A DNA stretch of 64,000 nucleotides, taken from contig NC_043007.1 in NCBI RefSeq assembly GCF_006345805.1, positions 13,144,001 through 13,208,000 on the forward strand, in the 5' to 3' direction. This stretch comes from Octopus sinensis. Its lineage: Eukaryota. Positions 52,498 through 64,000 of the stretch are shown piece after piece (position 1 is the first letter of the stretch; the number at the start of each line of letters is the position of its first letter). The notes under the pieces were generated by a model. It saw only the letters and a list, made by a program, of their open reading frames with translations. It was not told the DNA's origin and did not search any database. The translations under genes were made by a program, and so were the position numbers.

Positions 52498-52640
52498 CAC
52501 ATACACACGCGTGCACGAAAGCTCCGAATGACCCGTCCTTGTTTTTTTCCTGCTCTTATTTGCATTGTCTAACTGTCCGGATGTTTTGTTGTCGCCTGTT
52601 ACGTTCTTGTTCCATTAAAAAAAAATAATAAATACATATA

Positions 52641-52995
52641 CATGGTTCCGGGTTCAGTCCCACTGCGTGGCACCTTGGGCAAGTGTCTCCTACTATAGAT
52701 TTGGGCCGACCAAAGCCTTGTGAGTGGATTTGGTAGACGAAAACTGAAAGAAGCCCGTCGTATATATGTATATATATATGCGCGTGTGTGTTTGTGTGTC
52801 TGTGTTTGTCCCCCTAGCATTGCTTGACAACCGATGCTGGTGTGTTTATGTCCCCGTTACTTAGCGGTTCGGCAAAAGAGCCCGATAGAATAAGTGCTGG
52901 GCTTACAAAAAGAATAAGTCCCGGGGTCGAGTTATTCGATTAAAGGCGGTGCTCCAGCAAGGCCGCAGTCAAATGACTGAAACAAGTAAAAGAGT
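52641..52995 (+). mobile_element. SINE family B, 5'-truncated
   Basis: Consensus match. Confidence 0.88.
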
Positions 52996-53039
52996 ATATA
53001 GCGGTTTACGTTCAATTTTCGTCTCATATATATATGTAT

Positions 53040-53363
53040 TGAGACCCCCTTCGGTCATGACTGACCGTAGGATTGCACCTAGGAAGTTACCCTCCCAGGC
53101 ACAAGTCCAGGCAAGGTTGTTTATGGAAGACCATGCATACTAGCCTCCCCTCTCCTCGCCACCAGTGTTATCCAAGGGGAAAAGCAAAGGGTCCGATACA
53201 GCTTGGCACCTGTGACGTCGCAATTCATTTCTACGGCTGAGTGAACTGGAACAGCGTGAAATAAAGTGTCTTGCTCAAGAACACAACACGCAGCCCGGTC
53301 CGTGATTCGAACTCACAACCTCACGATCGTAAGCTCGACGCTCTAACCACTGAACTATGCGCC

Positions 53364-53368
<5 letters not shown>
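53040..53368 (-). mobile_element. SINE with a family D-type head and a different 3' half; tail relics at about 15490-15700 and 23578-23665
   Basis: Head GGCGCATAGTTCAGTGGTTAGAGC..GAGTTCGAATC. Confidence 0.75.
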
Positions 53369-53369
<1 letters not shown>

Positions 53370-53449
<80 letters not shown>

Positions 53450-53488
53450 GTATGTATATATATATATATATGTATGTATATATATATG

Positions 53489-53530
<42 letters not shown>

Positions 53531-53616
53531 CATCATCATCGTTTAACGTCCGTTTTCCACATATATATACATACATGCATATATATATATATATAATATA
53601 TATATATATATGTATG

Positions 53617-53663
<47 letters not shown>

Positions 53664-53672
53664 CATACATGC

Positions 53673-53705
<33 letters not shown>

Positions 53706-53755
53706 CATACATCATGCATATATATATATATATGTATATATATATACATACATGC

Positions 53756-53786
<31 letters not shown>

Positions 53787-53816
53787 CATATATATGTATA
53801 TATATATACATACATG

Positions 53817-53848
<32 letters not shown>

Positions 53849-53937
53849 CATACATGCATATATATATATTCTATATATATATATATGTATATATATACAT
53901 ACATGCATATACATACATGCATATATATATATTATAT

Positions 53938-53978
<41 letters not shown>
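53370..53978. repeat. (AC)n then long imperfect (AT)n array
   Basis: Direct reading. Confidence 0.98.
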
Positions 53979-53983
<5 letters not shown>

Positions 53984-54877
53984 AATGTTTTTATATAAAT
54001 TGAACGTGAAATACAGGAAGGGACGAACACGGAACACAGACAAATCATTCGAAGCCTTCAATCTTCAGTCAGACACCGAATCATCATAGCAAATTTCGGC
54101 TGTTCAATTCTGATATTTGCTCCAACTCGGCCAGCCCCAAGAAAAAAAACTAAGCTGTAAGCATTAGATTTCTTGGTAGAAGACAGGAATGTGAACGCAC
54201 AAGACGGATGTGAATACAAGAGACGAACGAAATTGAAAACAGTAATGAAAAAACAAAATGTATATATAACGGTGGTTGTCATACGACTTTAGACCAAATG
54301 AGACAAAACAACAACAACATAGCAGCTGGCGTAGATAATAATTACCGTTTCGGTAGCGGGGACACAGTTGGTCGAGATACGAAGGCCAACAGAATGGTTG
54401 AAGAAGCAGCAGGTCAGGGAGAGAGAGAAAGAGAGACAGAGAGAGAGGGAATCAAAGAGGGTGGAAGGCAGGGACAGAATCAGTGACCACCAAGAGAGAA
54501 GAGAAAGAAGAGATTAAGGAGGAGGAGGAAGAGGGGAGAGGATGGGAGGAAGAGAGGGGAAGAATCGGAGGCGCCAAAAAGTTTGTTGAAGAAGCAATGG
54601 CGGGTAGTAAAAGACAGGTGTATGAAGTCGTGCAGGGTTTAAAATGGACAAACAAACGGGGGGGTGCACGTAACGCGCGCAATAATATAAGAATGAATGT
54701 TTTTATATATAATGAACGTGAAATACAGGAAGGGACGAACACGGAACACAGCAAATCATTCGAAGCCTTCAATCTTCAGTCAGACACCGAATCATCATAG
54801 CAAATTTCGGCTGTTCAATTCTGATATTTGCTCCAACTCGGCCAGCCCCAAGAAAAAAAACTAAGCTGTAAGCATTA
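53978..54877 (-). mobile_element. Non-coding element with ~188-bp terminal direct repeats (pseudo-LTR-like)
   Basis: 53978-54166 is nearly identical to 54690-54877; about 525 bp lie between them with no ORF. Confidence 0.7.
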
Positions 54878-55407
54878 TGTATACGTGTATATATGTATAC
54901 ACTTTCTTTCAACCTCTTCTTTCAAACTTTTTTCCCAATCACTTGCCATGCTTGACCGTTAAATCTACAAGTTTTTTTTTTATTCTTCATTCTCTCTCTG
55001 TTTATATTCTCTTATTCCTTTCTGTTAGCGTCAAACTAACACACTTGCTTGTTGTTCATACACCTGTCTTCGTCTTTTGTCTTCTATAAATTCTACTACT
55101 ACTACTACTACTACTACTACACACACACACACATACACATACACATACACACATATGGTGGGATTGCAATATGTCCGAATGATTAAGGGGCTTCCCTCGC
55201 AACAGCGAACTACTAGGATACAGTTATGTTGCCAGCATCTCAGGCAAATGTATTCTATAGCCTCGGAAGTGAACTTGCTCGGGCGGAAACGGTATCGAAG
55301 CCCGTCGGCTGGACTGTTCCTGTAATTGATAAAACATGTACAGCCTTGTCACACTCGAGCTTCATGTTCTGTTCCCGTCTGTTCCAAGTTCACACACGAG
55401 ATATATA

Positions 55408-55622
55408 TTTCTTTACTACCCACAAGGGGCTAAACACAGAGGGGACAAACGGATTAAGTCGATTACATCGACCCCAGTGCGTAACTGGTACTTAATTTAT
55501 CGACCCCGAAAGGATGAAAGGCAAAGTCGACCTCGGCGGAATTTGAACTCAGAACGTAACAGCAGACGAAATACGGCTACGCATTTCGCCCGGCGTGCTA
55601 ACGTTTCTGCTAGCTCGCCGCC
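55408..55622 (-). mobile_element. SINE family A with ~18-bp TSD
   Basis: TTCACACAC(G/A)AGATATAT on both flanks. Confidence 0.88.
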
Positions 55623-55998
55623 TTCACACACAAGATATATGGCGCCCTGAAACTGTATAGAAATACATTTACCCGAGATGCAACGTAGTGGTTTCGAACC
55701 CGGTAACTCGTGGACGCAAAGCGGTTTTCTTAACCATTCTGCTTCACTTTATCTTTCATGTAATGTATGAGTATGGTTAACCGAAATTGAAGAACGCACG
55801 CCTACGAAGACGAATTTCGTTAAAAACACTTTCTGGGACGACCTACCAAGAAACTTTAGAGCAGATTTAATTTTTGTCAGGATATCGGTGTAGATTCCAT
55901 CTCTAGAAACTCATCTCTATTACACTTCAATTAACCTGTTACGGATTTTCTCTACCACTCAAAACACTTTGCCTGAAATCATGTCAGTTAGTGAGAGA

Positions 55999-56036
<38 letters not shown>

Positions 56037-56061
56037 TATACAGAGAACAGGTATGGTATTC

Positions 56062-56196
56062 AACCACATGGTTCCGGGTTCAGTCCCACCGCGTGGCATC
56101 TTAGGCAAGTGTCTTCTACCATAGCCTCGGGCCGATCAAAGTCTTGTGAGTGGATTTGGGAGACGGAAACTGAAAGAAGCCTGTCGTATTATATAC

Positions 56197-56241
<45 letters not shown>

Positions 56242-56430
56242 GTTTGTCGCCCCAACATCGCTTGACAACCGATGCTGGTGTGTTACGTTCCTGTAACTTA
56301 GCGGTTCGGCAAAAGATACAGATAGAGTAAGTACTAGGCTTACAGAGAATAAGTCCTGGGGTCGATCCGCTCGACTAAAGGCGGTGCTCCAGCATGGCCA
56401 CAGTCAAATTACTGAAACAAGTAAAAGAGT
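56062..56430 (+). mobile_element. SINE family B
   Basis: Consensus match. Confidence 0.85.
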
Positions 56431-57033
56431 AATACTGGGCGAAAAAAAACCCGGAAAAGTCAGTCATGGATCCACTCGATCAGGGACGACATCTTGCTAA
56501 AAGAACAATAACAGCTGATAGAAATGAAGCTATTTAACAGAACATGACGGCTGATGAAGCTACGATTGTTTTAAAGCAAGCAGCGGCGTATCAGTAACAA
56601 CCGGGTCAGGAATCGGTGGTGGTGGTGGGGTTGGTGGGTGGTGGGGGTTGGTTGTTTGGGTAATGTTAGCACTTAACAGTGAATACATTTGATTTACTAC
56701 ACGTGAGTGGATCTTATAACCGACCCGACTACACCTGGCATTGAAGGAGACTCTGATAAACAAATACCAAGCACCAGTCCACCTGGCGGCGGAGCTTCCA
56801 CAGCATCGCCACTGCCACCACCACCCCTCTAAAGCATACATCTTCACACGTCGTTGTGAAGATTTCTTCAATGCATGATGCGTTGCGCATGCGCAAATTC
56901 ATAGACAAGTATATGTATGGGCAATAGGTTTTTGTTTTTTATCTTTTGTTTCAGTCATTGGAATGCGGCCATGCTGGAGTACCGCCTTTAGTCGGAAACT
57001 GAAAGAAGTATGTCGTATATATGTATATATTAC

Positions 57034-57196
57034 AGGCGCAGGAGTGGGTGTGTGGTAAGTAGCTTGCTAACCAACCACATGGTTCCGGGTTCAGTCCCAC
57101 TGCGTGGCATCTTGGGCAAGTGTTTCTGCTATAGCCCCGGGCCGACCAATGCCTTGTGAGTGGATTTGGTAGATGGAAACTGAAAGAAGCCTGTCG

Positions 57197-57229
<33 letters not shown>

Positions 57230-57430
57230 TTGTGTGTCTGTGTTTGTCCCCCTAGCATTGCTTGACAACCGGTGCTGGTGTGTTTACGTCCCCGTTACTT
57301 AGCGGTTCGGCAAAAGAGACCGATAGAATAAGTACTGGGCTTACAAAGAATAAGTCCCGGGGTCGATTTTCTCGACTAAAGGCGGTGCTCCAGCATGGTC
57401 ACAGTCAAATGACTGAAACGAGTAAAAGAG

Positions 57431-57487
<57 letters not shown>

Positions 57488-57670
57488 ATCTGTGGTGTGT
57501 ATATGGTGGTGTGTTTACGTCCCCGTAACTTAGCGGTTCAGCAAAAGATACCGATAGAATGAGTACTAGGCTTCCAAAGAATAAGTCCTGGGGTCGATTT
57601 GCTCGACTAAAGGCGGTGCTCCAGCATAGCCACAGTCAAATGACTGACACAAGTAAAAGAGTAAGTAAAA
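57034..57670 (+). mobile_element. SINE family B, full length, followed by a second 3' half
   Basis: Copy 57034-57430 and extra tail 57505-57670. Confidence 0.88.
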
Positions 57671-58589
57671 ATGCTATTTCTAAAATCTTTCTAAGAGATC
57701 AACGAAGTAGTTGTACTCACTAGTAATGTTCGTTGCCACTTCAACATGACTGTTCCGTTCGAACATTGTTGTTCTAATGTGGTGTACCTTTATCATACAA
57801 AGTCTCACATTATGAATGCCACCGAATAGCAAGACGCGTAGCGTGTTCGATTATTTTGATTTATTGAAAATTCTAAAACATTGAACACATTGTTGATTAA
57901 TTTTTAAAAAAAAGTTATTATTAGGCGCAATCATGGCTGAGTGGTTAAGAAAAATTCGTTCCACAAGAATGGAACATCTTCACCAATGTAACTAATACAC
58001 CAATGTAATTTTTGTGCACAGTTAATGCCTCTGAGATTGTAGTGTGTGACTTGAGGAAGTTTTGCTCTTATTAAACACAATATTTTAATCATTTAGAAAT
58101 ATTTTTTGAAGTGAATTTGATTTCAAAAATGTAAGTTATTTTTTGGCATATCTAAAAAATATTTTAAAGTGAAAATGACTTTAAAAATACGGTAAATATT
58201 TCGTAAAAGACCCGTTCGTAACCTCGGTTTGAAATAGTTTTTTTTTCCATTTTTTAAATTTTTCAGTGCATTGAACGTATCTCACCTCGAAAGATTTAGC
58301 TGCTATTTCTAGCACGCCCTGCTACCACGTAACAGCGATAAAGGACCCGAAATGCCTGTTACGTGGTAGCAGGGCATGCAAGAAATAGCAACCAAATCTT
58401 TCCTTTTCTGGGGAAAGGAGCCGTTTATGCGTGATTTTGAAGTCACATTCATTGAAAGCATGCGAAATAACCTGGAAAAGAAAAAAAGACCCACGAACGA
58501 AACAAAACTTCGTTGCTGGGAAACTCAGAGTTTCCCGGTGACCCAACGAGTCACGGGTAGTCCAGTCTAGTATATGTATTTATCACGTG

Positions 58590-58878
58590 ATCACGTGACC
58601 GACCAGTCCATCGGATGTAGTTACACATCGCTGGTCACAATGCGTTCGCATTGTTTTAGCCTTCGAATGACGCCACCCCGCTGGCTAAGCGGGCAGGCCA
58701 ACAGAAGAAAGAGTGGGAGAAAGAGTGGTGAAAGAATACAGCAGGGATCACCACCCCCTGCCGGAGCCTCGTGGAGCTTTTTTTAGGTGTTTTCGCTCAA
58801 TAAACACTCACAACGCCCGGTCTGGAAATCGAAACCGCGAGTCTGCTGCCCTAACCACTGGGCCATGGCGCCTCCACA
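58590..58878 (-). mobile_element. SINE family C head with a different body and a tail ending (CACGTGAT)2; standard C tail relic at about 58897-59030
   Basis: Head identical to family C; 3' part differs and has a partial copy at about 25590-25670. Confidence 0.75.
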
Positions 58879-59582
58879 TATGTATATATATATAGCATTG
58901 GGCACTCCGTCGATTTCGACGACGAGGTTCTCGTTGATTCGGCCGGCGGAAACAGCCTGCTCATGAAATTAACGTTCAAATGGCTGAGCACTATACAGAC
59001 ACGCGTACTCTTAACGCAGGTCTCAGGAAGTCCTTAGACAGAAATCCGAAGTCGATAAATATCCAAGGATCTTACGGCAGAAGCTCTTGTTACTTCTGTG
59101 TAACTACTTGATATTGCTAGAAATAGTAGCTGAATCTCTACGAAATGACACCCACTACTATCTTTCAAAACGAGAAGGACGTTTTAGATATAATTGTTTG
59201 AGACAAGCTACGTTTGATGATACAAGATTGTCACGGTTGGAATTGCTTTCGATCTCAAGGTTTTGCTCAAGCAGAGTTGTCCTTATTTCTTTGTGGTGGA
59301 TATGATAATGTGTAACGGCCTTCTGACTCACTAGACATCCCTAATCGGAAAAGGGCACCTATTATGGACCGGACTTAGAATACTTGGAGAGGTTTTCCCC
59401 ATTCGTTATTTTTTGGCTGTTATTTCCAATTAGTCCAGCGATTTCGGATCCCTCGCTGGTTCTCCGTAAAGGATAGTGTTGTTGAACCGACGTATATTTT
59501 TTTAGTAAAGTGTGTTAGTTAAATAATCTCTGTAAGAAAGGATATACGGATGACTAACTGGAGGAGGAGGAGGAGGAAGAAG

Positions 59583-59614
<32 letters not shown>

Positions 59615-59744
59615 GAGGAGGACAGAGATCCTAGAGAGTCCAAGATTTCATAGATAAAATATACAGTAAGACATATATATATATATTATATAATTTATAG
59701 TATATATATATTATATATATAATATATATATATATTATATATAT

Positions 59745-59777
<33 letters not shown>

Positions 59778-60275
59778 ATGAGAGGCGATTGCTCAATGTC
59801 TTGGTACCATATGCTGCAGTAAGAGCCAGTGCTTGTAATGGGGAGGCAGGTAGGGAGAGGGAGTGGTAGGGGAGACGGCAATGTTGATTTAGTCAAATAA
59901 ATATACTTTTATCCTTCTGACCAAAAACAGAAAAAAAGGAAATTACAGAGGATAGAAAAGAGAGCGAGAGAGCGGAGAGAGAGAGGGGGGGAGAGAGGGA
60001 TGGAGGGGGGAGAGGGAGAGTGAGAAGAGGGAACAGGAAGAAAGAAAAAAGAATAAGGTGAAGCCTTAAAATAAACCACAAACATATGTTAGCTTGAGCT
60101 GTGTTTATATAAAAGCTGCTCTCTTTCTTCGGCGCAAACTAATCAAGGTTTTTTGATAAGAAAACGGAGAAGGTGCGAGCTGGATGGCAGGCAAACAGAA
60201 ACTGGAAGGAAATAATTAAGTCGATTGTTTTCATTAGATATTATGTGAAATAATTCACCTTCTTCATTTTCTCGC

Positions 60276-60276
<1 letters not shown>

Positions 60277-60316
<40 letters not shown>

Positions 60317-60441
60317 CCGCCATCACCACCATCACCATCATCACCATCATCATCACCATCATCACCATCATCATCACCATCATCATGATCATCACCATCA
60401 TCACCATCATCATGATCATCATCATCACCATCGTCATCACC

Positions 60442-60472
<31 letters not shown>

Positions 60473-60696
60473 CCATCGTCACCATCATCACCATCATCAT
60501 CATCATCATCATCATCGTCACCATCGTCACCATCATCATCATCATCATCATCATCATCTCTCTCGCCCCTTTCTCTCTCTCTCACTCTCTCTCTCTCTCT
60601 GTCTCTGTCTCTCTCTCTCTCGTTTACCTCATCTCGTTTCCTTTTTTTCTTCTTCATCTCTACCTCTCGTCGTCCTCTTTGTCGCTGCTGTTGCTG

Positions 60697-60734
<38 letters not shown>

Positions 60735-60780
60735 CTCTCTCTCACTCTCTCTGTCTCTCTGTCTCTCTCTCTCTCTCTTC
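60277..60780. repeat. (CAT/CAC)n followed by (CT)n
   Basis: Direct reading. Confidence 0.98.
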
Positions 60781-61030
60781 AATATATAATTATGCATCTG
60801 AAAATATGTCTGCGTTTATGCATGCCTGAAGATGGAATTATGGAATTATATTGCATGTGTGTTGTACATACTGTACATATTCATATACACACACATATAT
60901 ATATGTCTGTCAGTGGCTGATATATACCTAGTTTCATACACGTGTGTATGTCTCCGTGTGTGTGGTTGCCCTGTACATATATATATATATATATATATAA
61001 TATATATATATAATATATATATTATAATAT

Positions 61031-64000
61031 ATAATTTCAACAATTGAGGGCAAAATTAATTAATTATTAATCATTTCACCAAGTGTTCAGTATGCAAGGG
61101 ACCATTCAAGGCGAATTCAAATTATTACATTATATAAAAGGGCTTAGTAAAATAAATTACTTTGCCGCATACTGAACTCATTAGAAATAGCAGCCAAAAA
61201 ACTTTTTAAAGCTATTTCTAATACTTAAAGAAAATCTCTCTCTATATAGTGTTTGCTTAATTCAACTCACAAAAGTTTGGGGGTAAGGACATCGAAAAAT
61301 CAAATGCTAAGGTTATTCGAGAACGTACGTTTCAAGATTAGTCAAAACAACATTTCTATCATCGGCTCAGAAATTCCTTGGTTTGGATTTGGAAACACTG
61401 AAAATAAGAACATACCCTTTCGAAGATCTGCTTCCAAATAACAGTGCCAACAAATTCAATAAGCAAGCGAAGAGTCTCTGTTCTCCCCTTTCCACCAGTG
61501 TGGGTTAAAATCATCAAACACTATGCTTATTCCGGTAAAATCCGAAGCATTAATTAGAGGGAGATTAATTATAATTTCAACAATTGAGGGCAAAATTAAT
61601 TAATTATTAATCAATTTCACCAAGTGTTCAGTATGCAAAGGGACCATTCAAGGCGAATTCAAATTATTACAGTATATAAAAGGGCCTTAGTAAAATAAAT
61701 TACTTTGCCGCATACTGAACTCATTAGAAATAGCAGCCAAAAACTTTTTAAAGCTATTTCTAATACTTAAGAAAATCTCTCTCATATATAGTGTTTGCTT
61801 AATTCACTCACAAAAGTTGGGGGTAAGGACATCGAAAAATCAATGCTAAGGTTATTCGAGAACGTACGTTTCAAGATTAGTCAAAACAACATTTCTATCC
61901 TCGGCTCAGAAATTCCTTGGTTTGGATTTGGAAACACTGAAAATAAGAACATACCCTTTCGAAGATCTGCTTCCAAATAACAGTGCCAACAAATTCAAAT
62001 AAGAAAGCGAAGAGTCTCTGTTCTCCCCTTTCCACCAGTGTGGGTTAAAATCATCAAACACTATGCTTATTCGTAAAATCCGAAGCATTAATTAGAGGGA
62101 GATTAATTATAATTTCAAACAATTGTGAGGGCAAAATTAATTAATTATTAATCAATTTCACCAAGTGTTCAGTATGCAAAGGGACCATTCAAGGCGAATT
62201 CAAATTATACATTATATAAAAGGGCTTAGTAAAATAAATTACTTTGCCGCATACTGAACTCATTAGAAATAGCAGCCAAAAACTTTTTAAAGCTATTTCT
62301 AATACTTAAAGAAAATCTCTCTCATATATAGTGTTTGCTTAATTCAACTCACAAAAGTTGGGGGTAAGGACATCGAAAAATCAAATGCTAAGGTTATTCG
62401 AGAACGTACGTTTCAAGATTAGTCAAAACAACATTTCTATCATCGGCTCAGAAATTCCTTGGTTTGGATTTGGAAACACTGAAAATAAGAACATACCCTT
62501 TCGAAGATCTGCTTCCAAATAACAGTGCCAACAAATTCAAATAAGCAAGCGAAGAGTCTCTGTTCTCCCCTTTCCACCAGTGTGGGTTAAAATCATCAAA
62601 CACTATGCTTATTTCGGTAAAATCCGAAGCATTAATTAGAGGGAGATTAATTATAATTTCAACAATTGAGGGCAAAATTAATTAATTATTAATCAATTTC
62701 ACCAAGTGTTCAGTATGCAAGGGACCATTCAAGGCGAATTCAATTATTATTACATTATATAAAAGGGCTTAGTAAAATAAATTACTTTGCCGCATACTGA
62801 ACTCATTAGAAATAGCAGCCAAAAAACTTTTTAAAGCTATTTCTAATACTTAAAGAAAATCTCTCTCATATATAGTGTTTGCTTAATTCAACTCACAAAA
62901 GTTTGGGGGTAAGGACATCGAAAAATCAAATGCTAAGGTTATTCGAGAACGTACGTTTCAAGATTAGTCAAAACAACATTCTATCATCGGCTCAGAAATT
63001 CCTTGGTTTGGATTTGGAACACTGAAAATAAGAACATACCCTTTCGAAGATCTGCTTCCAAATAACAGTGCCAACAAATCAAATAAGCAAGCGAAGAGTC
63101 TCTGTTCTCCCCTTTCCACCAGTGTGGGTTAAAATCATCAAACACTATGCTTATTTCGGTAAAATCCGAAAATCCGAAGCATTAATTAGAGGGAGATTAA
63201 TTATAATTTCAACAATTGAGGGCAAAATTAATTATTATTAATCAATTTCACCACAGGTGTTCAGTATGCAAAGGGACCATTCAAGGCGAATTCAAATTAT
63301 TACATTATATAAAAGGGCTTAGTAAAATAAATTACTTTGCCGCATACTGAACTCATTAGAAATAGCAGCCAAAAAACTTTTTAAAGCTATTTCTAATACT
63401 TAAAGAAAATCTCTCTCATATATAGTGTTTGCTTAATTCAACTCACAAAAGTTTGGGGGTAAGGACATCGAAAAATCAATGCTAAGGTTATTCGAGAACG
63501 TACGTTTCAAGATTAGTCAAAACAACATTTCTATCATCGGCTCAGAAATTCCTTGGTTTGGATTTGGAAACACTGAAAATAAGAACATACCCTTTCGAAG
63601 ATCTGCTTCCAAATAACAGTGCCAACAAATTCAAATAAGCAAGCGAAGAGTCTCTGTTCTCCCCTTTCCACCAGTGTGGGTTAAAATCATCAAACACTAT
63701 GCTTATTTCGGTAAAATCCGAAGCATTAATTAGAGGGAGATTAATTATAATTTCAACAATTGAGGGCAAAATTAATTAATTATTAATCAATTTCACCAAG
63801 TGTTCAGTATGCAAAGGGACCATCAAGGCGAATTCAAATTATTACATATATAAAAAAGGGCTTAGTAAAATAAATTACTTTGCCGCATACTGAACTCATT
63901 AGAAATAGCAGCCAAAAACTTTTTAAAGCTATTTCTAATACTTAAAGAAAATCTCTCTCATATATAGTGTTTGCTTAATTCAACTCACAAAAGTTTGGGG
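61031..64000. repeat. Tandem satellite, unit ~538-550 bp, about 5.5 copies, runs off the window end
   Basis: Unit starts (ATAATTTCAA..) at 61031, 61571, 62109, 62653, 63203 and 63747; differences are mostly homopolymer length. Confidence 0.97.

Noticed and set aside
53295-53368. tRNA genes at SINE heads (also 52112, 27232, 28160)
   Set aside because: A/B boxes are present but there is no complete cloverleaf or acceptor stem, and each continues into a SINE body.
60241-60789. Poly-Asp, poly-Met and poly-Ile ORFs
   Set aside because: They are translations of (CAT)n and (CT)n microsatellites.
61345-61375. CCGAUGA-UA-GAAA-UG-UU on the minus strand of each satellite unit
   Set aside because: There is no stem II and stem I does not pair, so it is not called a hammerhead.
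61031-64000. CRISPR-like array, or coding repeat (IVFDDFN resembling the endonuclease GDFN motif)
   Set aside because: The units are contiguous 540-bp copies with no unique spacers, in a eukaryotic context. The ORFs are short, interrupted and lack other endonuclease motifs.

Overview
This is AT-rich, microsatellite-dense eukaryotic DNA. Its repeat content, judged from memory and not searched, looks like an Octopus (coleoid cephalopod) genome. Most of the window is intron or intergenic DNA filled with four tRNA-headed SINE families, LINE fragments (RTE, Tx1), Penelope-like element (PLE) tails, Helitron/Helentron-type elements, MITEs and simple repeats. It ends in a ~540-550 bp tandem satellite (61031-64000). 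One clear protein-coding gene is present: an intronless poly(A)-binding protein (minus strand, ATG 36913 to stop 35714, 399 aa) with four RRMs but no linker or MLLE domain. A rearranged fragment of it lies about 1 kb upstream. Four plus-strand GT-AG exons (17094-29654) splice in phase into an unidentified protein if one A-run base is corrected; this gene may host the PABP in an intron. Best leads: (1) hammerhead-like motifs in PLE tails that repeatedly carry a non-canonical core (CCGNYGA and/or an extra A); (2) the MLLE-less PABP retrogene; (3) a SINE family sharing its 3' tail with a Tx1 LINE inserted in (GATA)n; (4) a satellite built from a dispersed repeat; (5) many near-perfect fold-back palindromes. 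Coordinates of degenerate repeats are approximate and no database search was possible. Most ORFs in the supplied track are translations of microsatellites or SINEs.
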